Below, piece after piece: positions 9,978-18,078 of a DNA stretch of 64,000 nt (its first letter is position 1; each line of letters opens with the position of its first letter). The DNA is from Candidatus Eiseniibacteriota bacterium (GTDB lineage: Bacteria > Eisenbacteria > RBG-16-71-46). The notes beneath the pieces are model-generated. The model was not told the origin of the DNA. It was given only the letters and a program-made list of their open reading frames with translations, and did no database searches. The stretch is taken from assembly GCA_044223005.1 (NCBI GenBank), contig JBGAML010000001.1:160001-224000 (forward strand). The letters are read 5' to 3'. A program made the translations under genes and the position numbers.

Positions 9978-10225
9978 GTTGCACCTCGCGCGCTTCGGCC
10001 GGCGGTGTCCACATCCATCGTCCGGCGAACGTGGAGTCCCCAAGTGCCCGGCCCCGTGCCGGGTGCGAACAGCGTTCCCCTTGTCGAGCATGCTCGCGAG
10101 AGGATGCGCTGTGAATCGTTCGGATGGATGTGGGATCGGGGGACTCCGCCCTCCGTTCGGGAAGCAGCGCATCACTCCAGCGTACCGGGACACGAGCCGG
10201 CCTTCGGGCCGGCTCGCGGCCTTTT
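9978..10225 (+). ncRNA. Candidate structured non-coding RNA with pseudoknot (family unassigned)
   Basis: No credible CDS; bounded by promoter and terminator. Complementary pairs 9988-9996/10161-10170, 10009-10019/10123-10133, 10044-10052/10058-10066, 10069-10074/10107-10112, plus crossing pair 10031-10041/10139-10149. Confidence 0.5.
10193..10225 (+). terminator. Intrinsic terminator hairpin (possibly bidirectional)
   Basis: CGAGCCGGCC-TTCG-GGCCGGCTCG perfect 10-bp stem with UUCG loop, then CGGCCTTTT. Confidence 0.7.
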
Positions 10226-10239
10226 CGGGCGGTGCGCCC

Positions 10240-10899
10240 TCAGTTGGTGCCGGGAGGCGTGTCGGTCTCGCCCGGCGCCTCGGGCTCGGCCAGGCCGCTC
10301 ATGCACTCGTGCAGCCGGCGGGCGCGCTCGAGCACGCTGTCGAGCGCGAGCAGGTCGAGCCGGGTGGCGGTGTCGATCCGCAGCACCTGGGCGAGGCCGC
10401 CGACGAGCGCCTCGAGCGACGCGTCCGCGTCCACCACCGGCGGCGCGACCCATGCGGCGGCGCCCAGCGGCACGAGCCGCTCGGCCTCGCGCAGCAGCGC
10501 GGAGCGCTCCATCGCGGCCAGCGGATCCCCTTCGTCCATGGGCAGCGAGCGCAGCCGCTCGACCTCGCACGCGCGGTACGGGAACTCGCGGCGCACGGCA
10601 CCGAGCCGGACGCGCTCGACGCCGGCCACGACCAGGTCGTAGCAGTCGTTGGGCAGCCACTCCACCCGCTCGAAGCGCGCGAGACACGCGAGCGGATGGA
10701 ACGCGGGGCTCAGGTGGTAGTCCCGCTCCCAGCCCGGGAGCAGCGTCGCGATCGCGAGCACCCGCCCACCCGAGAGCGCGTCCCGCACCATGGTGCGATA
10801 GCGCAACTCGAACACGTGCAGGGGCAGCCGGGCGTGCGGGAAGAGCACGACGTCCGGCAGCGGAAAGACGGGGACCAGCGACTCCGATCGTGCGGCCAT
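10240..10899 (-). CDS. LON peptidase substrate-binding domain protein
   Basis: VPVFPLPDVVLFPHARLPLHVFELRYRTMVRDAL; no AAA+ or protease domain. Confidence 0.87.
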   Translation of the reverse strand: MAARSESLVPVFPLPDVVLFPHARLPLHVFELRYRTMVRDALSGGRVLAIATLLPGWERDYHLSPAFHPLACLARFERVEWLPNDCYDLVVAGVERVRLGAVRREFPYRACEVERLRSLPMDEGDPLAAMERSALLREAERLVPLGAAAWVAPPVVDADASLEALVGGLAQVLRIDTATRLDLLALDSVLERARRLHECMSGLAEPEAPGETDTPPGTN

Positions 10900-11003
10900 G
10901 CGGGCCTCGCGGGCCGAGGTGGCCCCGCGGCCGCGAGCGCGGCGGCGGGGCCCATGGGCCGGGTTCCGGAGGGAACGTTCACGCGGAACGTTCCCGGCCG
11001 GGA

Positions 11004-11486
11004 CTAGTCCTCGCGAACGAACCCGAGCACGTCGGCGACGTGCCCTTCGACCTTCACCTTCGGATAGATCTGCGCGATGCGGCCCGTGCGGTCGATGATG
11101 AACGTCGTCCGCTCGATGCCGAGGTACTTCTTGCCGTAGAGGTTCTTCTGCTTGTAGACGCCGTAGGCCTTCGAGACCGCGGCGTCCTCGTCCGCGAGCA
11201 GGTCGAACGGCAGCTTGAACTTCTCGCGGAACTTGGCGTGCGAGTCGATCGGGTCGTTCGAGATGCCGAGGATTACCGAACCGGCCTGCTCGAAGTCCTC
11301 GCGCAGGTCGCGGAAGCCACAGGCCTCCTTGGTGCACCCGGGCGTGTCGTCCTTCGGATAGAAGTACAGCACGACGGTCTTCTTGCCCTTGAACTGCTTG
11401 AGCGAAACCGTCTCGCCGGACGTGGACGGCAGCGAGAAGTCGGGTGCGGGCTTGCCGATCACCGGCAGCAGGCTGGCTGTGGCCAT
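11004..11486 (-). CDS. bcp: Thioredoxin-dependent thiol peroxidase (Bcp/PrxQ)
   Basis: APDFSL, YFYPKDDTPGCTKEACGFRD, GIERTTFIID. Confidence 0.93.
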   Translation of the reverse strand: MATASLLPVIGKPAPDFSLPSTSGETVSLKQFKGKKTVVLYFYPKDDTPGCTKEACGFRDLREDFEQAGSVILGISNDPIDSHAKFREKFKLPFDLLADEDAAVSKAYGVYKQKNLYGKKYLGIERTTFIIDRTGRIAQIYPKVKVEGHVADVLGFVRED

Positions 11487-11571
11487 GGGGAACGACCTCC
11501 GAAAGCGCGCCCGGGCTCCCGATGGGAGCCCGGGCCGGGGGGCGGGCACCCGCCCCCGGACGAGAGAAGTG

Positions 11572-12186
11572 CTACTTGCCGACGGCGTGCATGGCGAGCG
11601 CGCGCTCGAGATTCTGCTCCACCACACCCCAGTCGAGGTTGTTGAAGAAGGCTTCGATGTACTTGGCGCGCGCGCGGCCGTAGTCCAGCCAGTACGCGTG
11701 CTCGTACACGTCCATCGCCAGCACGGGGGTCGCGTTCCACAGCGGGAACGTGTTCTGCGCATCGCCCACGACGGTTGTCAGCACCGAGAGGTCGTGGTCG
11801 TACGCCAGCCAGACCCAGCCGCGCGCCGCGAGCCCGGACGCCTTGAAGTCGGCGAGCCACGCGTCGTACGAAGGGAAGTCGCGCTGGATCAGCTCCATCG
11901 TGCGCGCGAGGGGCTGGCCGCCCTTGCCGCCGAGGTGTCCGAAGTAGGTCTCGTGGTTCTTCACGCCGCCGATCGCGAACGACAGATCGACGCGCAGCGA
12001 ACGCAGGTCGCTGAAGATCTGGTTCGCCGTCGAGCGGTCGACGGTGTCCAGCTTCTTCTGGATCTCGTTCGTCTTGGCGACGTAGCCCTTGTAGAGCTCG
12101 TAATGCTCTTCCTGGGTCCGCTGGGAGATGCCGTTGAGCTCGCGGATCGACGCGAACGTCTTGGCGGTGAGTTCCTTCCAGGCCAT
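11572..12186 (-). CDS. Fe/Mn superoxide dismutase
   Basis: EEHYELYKGYV, NHETYF, GWVWL and DVYEHAYWLDY supply the metal ligands. Confidence 0.9.
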   Translation of the reverse strand: MAWKELTAKTFASIRELNGISQRTQEEHYELYKGYVAKTNEIQKKLDTVDRSTANQIFSDLRSLRVDLSFAIGGVKNHETYFGHLGGKGGQPLARTMELIQRDFPSYDAWLADFKASGLAARGWVWLAYDHDLSVLTTVVGDAQNTFPLWNATPVLAMDVYEHAYWLDYGRARAKYIEAFFNNLDWGVVEQNLERALAMHAVGK

Positions 12187-12261
12187 GAAATCCTCCGAAT
12201 CGGGCCGGTGGGTCGGGAGCCGGCCACGGGTCTCCGGCGGGGCGCGAGGCGCCGAACGCGG

Positions 12262-12290
12262 AGACTAGGCGGGCACTTGAACGGGGTCAA
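12262..12290 (-). promoter_or_regulatory. Sigma70-like promoter of the SOD gene
   Basis: Minus strand reads TTGACC-17 nt-TAGTCT, with GGAGG before the SOD ATG. Confidence 0.6.
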
Positions 12291-12338
12291 CCACTGCTGA
12301 GATTCGCCGGAGCCGCCGCGGTTTCGCGCGAAAACCAC

Positions 12339-12800
12339 TCACGGCCGGGACGCGGCGGGACGCTCGCGGACGCCCTCGGCGTCCCGGACGAGCCCGGCGG
12401 CCACCGAGTCGAGCAGCCGCTGCACGCGCGGGCCGCTGACGTCGCATTCGGAGTCGTAGCGCCGGCAGGCCGCGAGCGTGAACCCGCAACCGCAGGTGCA
12501 ACGTTGGGCGTTGGCGAAGCGCAGGAACACCTCGCGCCGCGCCGGATCGAGCCCCGACGCGTCGATGCCGGGGATCTCGTCCACCCAGGCGTTCTTCTGG
12601 TCCTCACCGATCGCGGCGAGCCGCGCCCGGCGCTGGGCCGGCGTCTCCGCCCCCGTGGCCGGCGGAGCGGGCGGCCGCGGCGCCGAGCGCGTGAGGTAGA
12701 GCGCGAGCCCGCCCAGCCCCAGCGCGAGCGCGACCGCGACGGCGAGCAGGATCCGCGCGAGCGGCGTTCCGCCGGGGTCGGGAGTCGATCCATCGTCCAT
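12339..12800 (-). CDS. Membrane-anchored protein with a four-Cys domain (CTCGC...C-x6-C)
   Basis: N-terminal TM helix, Pro linker, then IPGIDASGLD...NAQRCTCGCGFTLAACRRYDSECDVS. Confidence 0.65.
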   Translation of the reverse strand: MDDGSTPDPGGTPLARILLAVAVALALGLGGLALYLTRSAPRPPAPPATGAETPAQRRARLAAIGEDQKNAWVDEIPGIDASGLDPARREVFLRFANAQRCTCGCGFTLAACRRYDSECDVSGPRVQRLLDSVAAGLVRDAEGVRERPAASRP

Positions 12801-12943
12801 GCTCGCGAGCCTAAACGCATCGCGCCCGCCACGCGAACGGCGCCCTCCTCCGCGGGTGCACGGCGAGCCGGGAGGCATTAGCTTAGGTCTCCATGCGCGG
12901 CGAGAACGGGCTGCGCCGACGTCACGACCCACCCGGAGGATGC

Positions 12944-13513
12944 ATGAGCTGGATCGCCCGCACCGCCCCCGAGGCCGCCACCGGAACGCTCCGCGAGATC
13001 TTCGACCGGATCCGCGCCCGCGCGACGTCGCAGCGCGTCTCGCACGTGTGGCAGGCCTGGGCGGGACATCCGGCGGGACTCGAGGCCGCGTTCGACGCCT
13101 ATCGTGCGCTCATGGACGACCCGGCGCCCTTGACGCCGGCCCAGGCGGAGATGATCGCGCTCGTGGTGTCGGCGACCAACGGCTGCGGTTACTGCGTCGC
13201 GCACCACGGCCCCAAGCTCGCGCGCCTCGCCGGGGAGGAACTGGCCCGCGATATCGCGCGCGATTACCGCTCGGCGAATCTCGCGGCGCGCGATCGCGTG
13301 CTGCTCGACGCCGCCGTCGCGCTCACGTGCGAGCCGGCCGAGCGGACGCCCGCCGACGTGGAGCGGCTGCGCGAGTATGGATTCGACGACGCGGCCGTGC
13401 TGCGCGCGTTCGAGATCGCGGGCTACTACTCGTGGGTGAACCGCGTGGCGCTCGCGCTGGGAATCGAGCTCGAACCCGGCCTCGCCGCGTGGGAGTTCGG
13501 CACGCAGAAGTGA
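12944..13513 (+). CDS. Peroxidase-related enzyme (AhpD/CMD family)
   Basis: GGAGGA RBS; EMIALVVSATNGCGYCVAHHG; LREYGFDD; NRVALALG. Confidence 0.88.
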   Translation: MSWIARTAPEAATGTLREIFDRIRARATSQRVSHVWQAWAGHPAGLEAAFDAYRALMDDPAPLTPAQAEMIALVVSATNGCGYCVAHHGPKLARLAGEELARDIARDYRSANLAARDRVLLDAAVALTCEPAERTPADVERLREYGFDDAAVLRAFEIAGYYSWVNRVALALGIELEPGLAAWEFGTQK

Positions 13514-13538
13514 GCCGGGCGCGCACCGCGCCCGCGCG

Positions 13539-14240
13539 TCACGCCCAGCCCTGCTCGATCAGCGCGCGCGTCTCCTCGACCGCGACACGCCAGAGCGCGT
13601 ACATCTCGTCGTCCGCGCGCTGGTAGAGCCCGGCGAAGTTGCCGTCGCCCAGCTTCTCGCGGATCGCGGCGGGTCCGAGGTGCGTCCACGACGCGTACGG
13701 CTGCTCGGGCTTGGCCTCGCGCGGAAGCGCCACGCCCTCGAGTCGCGTCCACGGGAAGTTCTCCATCCACGACGCGTGCGAGGCCAGCGGGTCGATCTCG
13801 CGTACCTTCTCCAGCGTCTTCGGCGCGTTCCACCAGTTGTGCCACTTCACCTGCGCGCCCGGGTGCGCGGCGATCCATTCGGCGACCGCGGCCTGCGCCG
13901 GCACGTTGCCCCCGTGCCCGTTGACCACGAGCACGCGGCGGAAGCCGTGCGGGTGCAGCGCGTCGAGGGCGTCGCGCACGAACGCGCAGAGCGTCTCGAC
14001 CCGCAGCGAGATCGTCCCGGGATAGGCCATGAAGTTGGGCGTGATGCCGTAGGGCATCACCGGGAACACCGGCACGCCCAGCGGCTCGGCCGCGTCCTCG
14101 GCGACACGCGCGGCGAGGATCGCATCCGTGGCGAGGCTCAGGTAGGCATGCTGCTCGGTGCAGCCGATCGGCAGCACCGCGCGGTCGTCGCTCCGCAGGT
14201 ACTGCTCCACCTGCATCCAGTTCGCCGCCGAGATCTTCAT
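13539..14240 (-). CDS. Creatininase/creatinine amidohydrolase family protein
   Basis: LPIGCTEQH, YPGTISL, VNGHGGN, HASWME. Confidence 0.88.
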   Translation of the reverse strand: MKISAANWMQVEQYLRSDDRAVLPIGCTEQHAYLSLATDAILAARVAEDAAEPLGVPVFPVMPYGITPNFMAYPGTISLRVETLCAFVRDALDALHPHGFRRVLVVNGHGGNVPAQAAVAEWIAAHPGAQVKWHNWWNAPKTLEKVREIDPLASHASWMENFPWTRLEGVALPREAKPEQPYASWTHLGPAAIREKLGDGNFAGLYQRADDEMYALWRVAVEETRALIEQGWA

Positions 14241-15448
14241 CCGCGCCTCGCTTCCTCGTAGAGAGCCAGCAACCCGGCCACGTGCGTCGCGACGTCGCTC
14301 ACCCGGCGCACGTGTTCGCGCCCGGCCTCGCCCCAGCGGCTCGCCGCGGGATCCGCGAGCGCTCGCTTCGCCGCCGCCGCGTGCGCGGCCGCGTCGCCCG
14401 GCGGTGCGAGCAGGCCCGTGCGCTCGGGCTCCACCAGCTCGGGCAGCGCGCCGATGCGCGACGCCACGACCGGCCGGCCGTCGAGCAGCGCTTCGGCGAC
14501 GCTGTAGCCGAACGTCTCGTGGAAGAGGCTCGGCACCACGACGAGCGCCGCGTGCTGGCGCAGCGACTCCAGCGCTTCGTGCTCGATGCGCCCGACGAGC
14601 CGGATGCCCGGGTGCCGGCGCTCCGCGAGCCAACCCGCCAGCGGGCCCTCGCCGGCCACGACCAGCGGCACCGGCGCGATCGCGTCGGCGATCGCCGGCA
14701 GCGTGCGCACGCCCTTCTCCTCCGAGAGCCGGCCGAACGAGAGTGCGTAACGCTCCGGCAGCGCGGCCGGACGCGGACGCGGAACCGGCGTCTCGATGCC
14801 GTGCGCGAGCACGCGCGCGCGCGCAGCGGGTGCACCGAGCGAGACGGCCTTGTCGCGCGCCCACGCCGACGGCGCGATCCACAGCCGCACCGCGCGATAC
14901 GCACCGATCGCGTCGTGCAGGTAGGCCTCCGCGGTTCCGACCAGGCTCTTGCCGCGCGAGCCCTGCACGCACGCCGTCGCGGCCGCGTGCCAGTGCGCGC
15001 CGCCACGGCAGCGCTCGCACGGTGCGCCGTGCGCGTAGAGCAGGCGGTTCGTGCACCACGGCTTGAAGTCGTGCAGCGCGTGCACGACCGGCACGCCCGC
15101 GCGCTCGAGCGGCCGCAGCACGCTGGGCGTGAGGTAGCGGCTCGGCGCGTGCACGTGTGCCACGTCGGGCCGGAACGCCGCGAGCAATCCTTCCATCGCG
15201 CGCGCGGCCGGGCGCGACCACAGCGCCCGCGGCAGCTGCGGCAGCTGCGCGAGCGCCGAGCCGCCCTCGCCGAAGTCGGCGGCGGGCGCGAAGTGCGCCG
15301 CGGTCGGGCTCGGGGCGTTGCGGGGATCGCGCGTCGCGAAGTGCGCGACCTCGTGCCCGGCGGCCGCGAGCCAGCGCGCGTCGTCGAAGTAGGTGCGCTC
15401 GACGCCCCCCTTCAGCCAGTGGAAGGCGTTGACGAGCAGGACGCGCAC
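14237..15448 (-). CDS. Glycosyltransferase family 4
   Basis: VRVLLVNAF...GGVE, GHEV, FGRLSEEKG, ETFGYSVAEA, SRIGALPELV. Start position uncertain. Confidence 0.88.
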   Translation of the reverse strand: MRVLLVNAFHWLKGGVERTYFDDARWLAAAGHEVAHFATRDPRNAPSPTAAHFAPAADFGEGGSALAQLPQLPRALWSRPAARAMEGLLAAFRPDVAHVHAPSRYLTPSVLRPLERAGVPVVHALHDFKPWCTNRLLYAHGAPCERCRGGAHWHAAATACVQGSRGKSLVGTAEAYLHDAIGAYRAVRLWIAPSAWARDKAVSLGAPAARARVLAHGIETPVPRPRPAALPERYALSFGRLSEEKGVRTLPAIADAIAPVPLVVAGEGPLAGWLAERRHPGIRLVGRIEHEALESLRQHAALVVVPSLFHETFGYSVAEALLDGRPVVASRIGALPELVEPERTGLLAPPGDAAAHAAAAKRALADPAASRWGEAGREHVRRVSDVATHVAGLLALYEEARRG

Positions 15449-15465
15449 GTCGGTCCGCGCCGGCG

Positions 15466-16272
15466 TCAGTCGCCGGCGTCGCTCCCGGTGGTCGCGAGCG
15501 GGAACTCGACCAGCGCGGTGCCGATCCCCGGCAGCGTCTCGCGCTCGAGCACTTCGCCGGACACGTTGCCCAGCAGCAGGAACCCGCGCAGCATCTCGAG
15601 GTGCCGCAGGTCCACCTCGGGACGCGCGCGCCCGCCCCACTTGCGCACGGCCGCGTCGAGTTCGTCCCATTCGGCGGTCCGCAGCGCGGCGAGCACGCGC
15701 TCGTCGAGTGCCGCGCACTCGGGCACGTCGCGCCGCAGGTTGAACGCGTGCAGGTTCCACGACAGCGCACCGCCGACCGCGAACAGCACCGGCTCGGGCC
15801 AGGCGTGCAGCGCCTGCCGAACCGCCTCGCCCCAGGCGCGATGCTCCTCGCGCGAGCCCTCGCCGATCGAGAGCGGCACGACCGGCACGCGCAGCGCGCG
15901 CGCGAAGAAGTGCAGCGGCACGCTCGCGCCCGAATCCATGCCGTGCGCCGCGACCGACGCGCGCACCCCGTGCCGGCCCGCATGTTCGACGATCGCTCGC
16001 GCGAGCGCGGGATGGCCGGCGACGTCGTGCCGCGGCTCGACGCCGAAGTCGGGCAGGTCGACGACCGAACGGTGCCGCCGGGCGTCGTCGGCGCGGAACG
16101 CGTCCGGGCTCGACCAGCGCGCCGACGCGATCACGATCGCGGCGGGAGATTCCGCGGCCGCGCGGCGGCCGGAGGCCTCGAGCGCCTCGATCATCTCGGT
16201 GATGTCGCCGCGCTGCTCGTCGATGAGCATCGTCGGGACGCTGGGCAGCAGGTAGGCACGGGACGTGAGCAT
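15466..16272 (-). CDS. LigB/DODA-fold extradiol dioxygenase-like protein, probably non-catalytic
   Basis: Family scaffold present (IVIASARW, GHPALA, MDSGASVPL, VPVVPLS, WGEAVRQA, GGALSWNL) but conserved His positions are substituted. Confidence 0.7.
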   Translation of the reverse strand: MLTSRAYLLPSVPTMLIDEQRGDITEMIEALEASGRRAAAESPAAIVIASARWSSPDAFRADDARRHRSVVDLPDFGVEPRHDVAGHPALARAIVEHAGRHGVRASVAAHGMDSGASVPLHFFARALRVPVVPLSIGEGSREEHRAWGEAVRQALHAWPEPVLFAVGGALSWNLHAFNLRRDVPECAALDERVLAALRTAEWDELDAAVRKWGGRARPEVDLRHLEMLRGFLLLGNVSGEVLERETLPGIGTALVEFPLATTGSDAGD

Positions 16273-16355
16273 GGCCGGTGGACATTAGAGGACGGCGCGC
16301 CTGCGGCCAAGCCGGGCCCGTTGTGCCGGTGCGCCGCGAGACGTAGGTTGGGCGC

Positions 16356-16976
16356 ATGGACGACCCGAAACCGCCCGTGCATCCGTGGGACGAACGCTAC
16401 GCCGAGCCCGGCTGGGCGTTCGGCGACCAGCCCAACGATTTCCTGCGCGAAATGGCCCAGCGGCTGCCGCGCGGCCGCGTGCTGTGCCTCGCCGAGGGCG
16501 AGGGCCGCAATGCGGTCTTCCTCGCGACGCTCGGCCACGACGTGACCGGCGTGGACCTCTCTCCCGTCGGCCTCGTGAAGGCGCGCGAGCTGGCGGCCAC
16601 GCGCGGGGTCTCGATCCACACCGAAGTCGCCGACCTCGCGACGTGGCCGATCGAACCGGGCGCCTGGCAGGGGATCGTCTCGATCTTCGCGCACGTGCCG
16701 CCCGAAGTGCGCGGCCCTCTGCACCGCGCGGTCGTGGCCGGGCTCGCGCCCGGCGGCGTGCTGGTGCTCGAGGCGTACCGGCCCGGCCAGGAGGAACGCG
16801 GCACCGGCGGGCCGAGCGATGCGTCGCGGTTCATGACGCTCGACGTCCTGCGGCGCGAGCTCGCGGGGCTCGAGTTCGAGGTCGGCCGCGAACTGGAGCG
16901 CGAGGTGATCGAGGGCCGCTACCACACGGGCCGCGCCGACGTGGTGCAGGTCGTCGCGCGCAAGCCGCTCGCCTGA
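16356..16976 (+). CDS. Class I SAM-dependent methyltransferase (TehB-like)
   Basis: WDERY...PNDFL, VLCLAEGEGRNAVFLA, VDLS, LAPGGVLVLE. Confidence 0.88.
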   Translation: MDDPKPPVHPWDERYAEPGWAFGDQPNDFLREMAQRLPRGRVLCLAEGEGRNAVFLATLGHDVTGVDLSPVGLVKARELAATRGVSIHTEVADLATWPIEPGAWQGIVSIFAHVPPEVRGPLHRAVVAGLAPGGVLVLEAYRPGQEERGTGGPSDASRFMTLDVLRRELAGLEFEVGRELEREVIEGRYHTGRADVVQVVARKPLA

Positions 16977-17006
16977 GTCCCGGGCGCGTGCGGCGCCCGC
17001 GGCCGG

Positions 17007-18020
17007 TCAGCGCTCGCCGAGCCCCTCGCGTGCCCGCTCGGCCGCGCGCTCGTTGCCGGCGGCGATCGCCACGCCGTGCGCCCGAGCGTCGGCGAGCAGC
17101 TCGCCGGGCAGCGGGAACATGATCCGCTCCTCGGTGAGCATGAACGACTCGACGCGAAACTCGCCGAGCTCGCACACGCGGCGCACGCACGCCTGCACGA
17201 CGTCCTCGGGCGTCGAGGCGCCGGCCGTGAGGCCCACGTCGCCGACGAGCCACTCGGGGCGGATGTCCTCCGCCGACTCGATCAGGTACGCCTTCGAGCC
17301 GAGCGCCGCCGCGACCTCGACCAGCCGGTTGGCGTTGCTGCTCGCGGGCGCGCCGACCACGAGCACCGTGCCGCAGCGCGGCGCCATCGCCCGCACGGCG
17401 TTCTGGCGGTTCTGCGTCGCGTAGCAGATGTCGTCCTTGGCCGGCTCCTTCACCTTCGGATAGCGGCGGCGCAGCGCTTCCACCATCGCGCGGCAGTCGT
17501 CGAGCGAAAGCGTCGTCTGCGTGATGTACGCGACGCGCTCGGGATCGGGCAGCTGCAGCGCCTCGACCTCCGCGACGTTCTCGCACACGTGGATCGCCTC
17601 CGGCGCCTCGCCGAGCGTGCCGATCACTTCGACGTGCGTGCGGTGCCCGATCAGCACGATGCTGTAGCCCTCGCGCGCGTAGCGCAGCGCCTCGAGGTGC
17701 ACCTTGGTGACGAGCGGGCACGTCGCATCGAGCGAACGCAGGCCGCGGGCCTTCGCCTCGGCGCGCACCGCGGGCGAGATGCCATGGGCGGAGAAGATCA
17801 CGACGGCACCGGCCGGGACGTCGGCCAGATCGTCGGTGAAGATCGCGCCCTTGCGGCGCAGGTCCTCGACGACGTGGCGGTTGTGCACGATCTCGTGCCG
17901 CACCCAGATGGGCGCGCCGTAGACCTGCAGGGCCATTTCGACGATGTCGATCGCGCGATCGACGCCGGCGCAGAAGCCGCGCGGCGCGGCGAGATGGAGC
18001 GTACGGGGCTGGGAGGACAT
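17007..18020 (-). CDS. ispH: 4-hydroxy-3-methylbut-2-enyl diphosphate reductase
   Basis: PRGFCAGVDRAI, HEIVHN, FSAHG, DATCPLVTKVH, QTTLS, DICYATQNRQ, TAGASTP. Confidence 0.96.
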   Translation of the reverse strand: MSSQPRTLHLAAPRGFCAGVDRAIDIVEMALQVYGAPIWVRHEIVHNRHVVEDLRRKGAIFTDDLADVPAGAVVIFSAHGISPAVRAEAKARGLRSLDATCPLVTKVHLEALRYAREGYSIVLIGHRTHVEVIGTLGEAPEAIHVCENVAEVEALQLPDPERVAYITQTTLSLDDCRAMVEALRRRYPKVKEPAKDDICYATQNRQNAVRAMAPRCGTVLVVGAPASSNANRLVEVAAALGSKAYLIESAEDIRPEWLVGDVGLTAGASTPEDVVQACVRRVCELGEFRVESFMLTEERIMFPLPGELLADARAHGVAIAAGNERAAERAREGLGER

Positions 18021-18078
18021 GGACCGTGAGGGTAGCCCACCCGCGCGCGGGCGCACAACGCCGCCCGGCGCCGGCGCG

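Noticed and set aside
9978..10225. tRNA, tmRNA or retron msr-msd identity for the structured RNA
   Set aside because: No cloverleaf or tag-peptide features recognised, and no reverse transcriptase in the window.
13539..15448. Mycofactocin-like RiPP cluster (creatininase plus glycosyltransferase)
   Set aside because: The glycosyltransferase is GT4 rather than MftF-type GT2, and there is no precursor peptide or radical SAM gene nearby.
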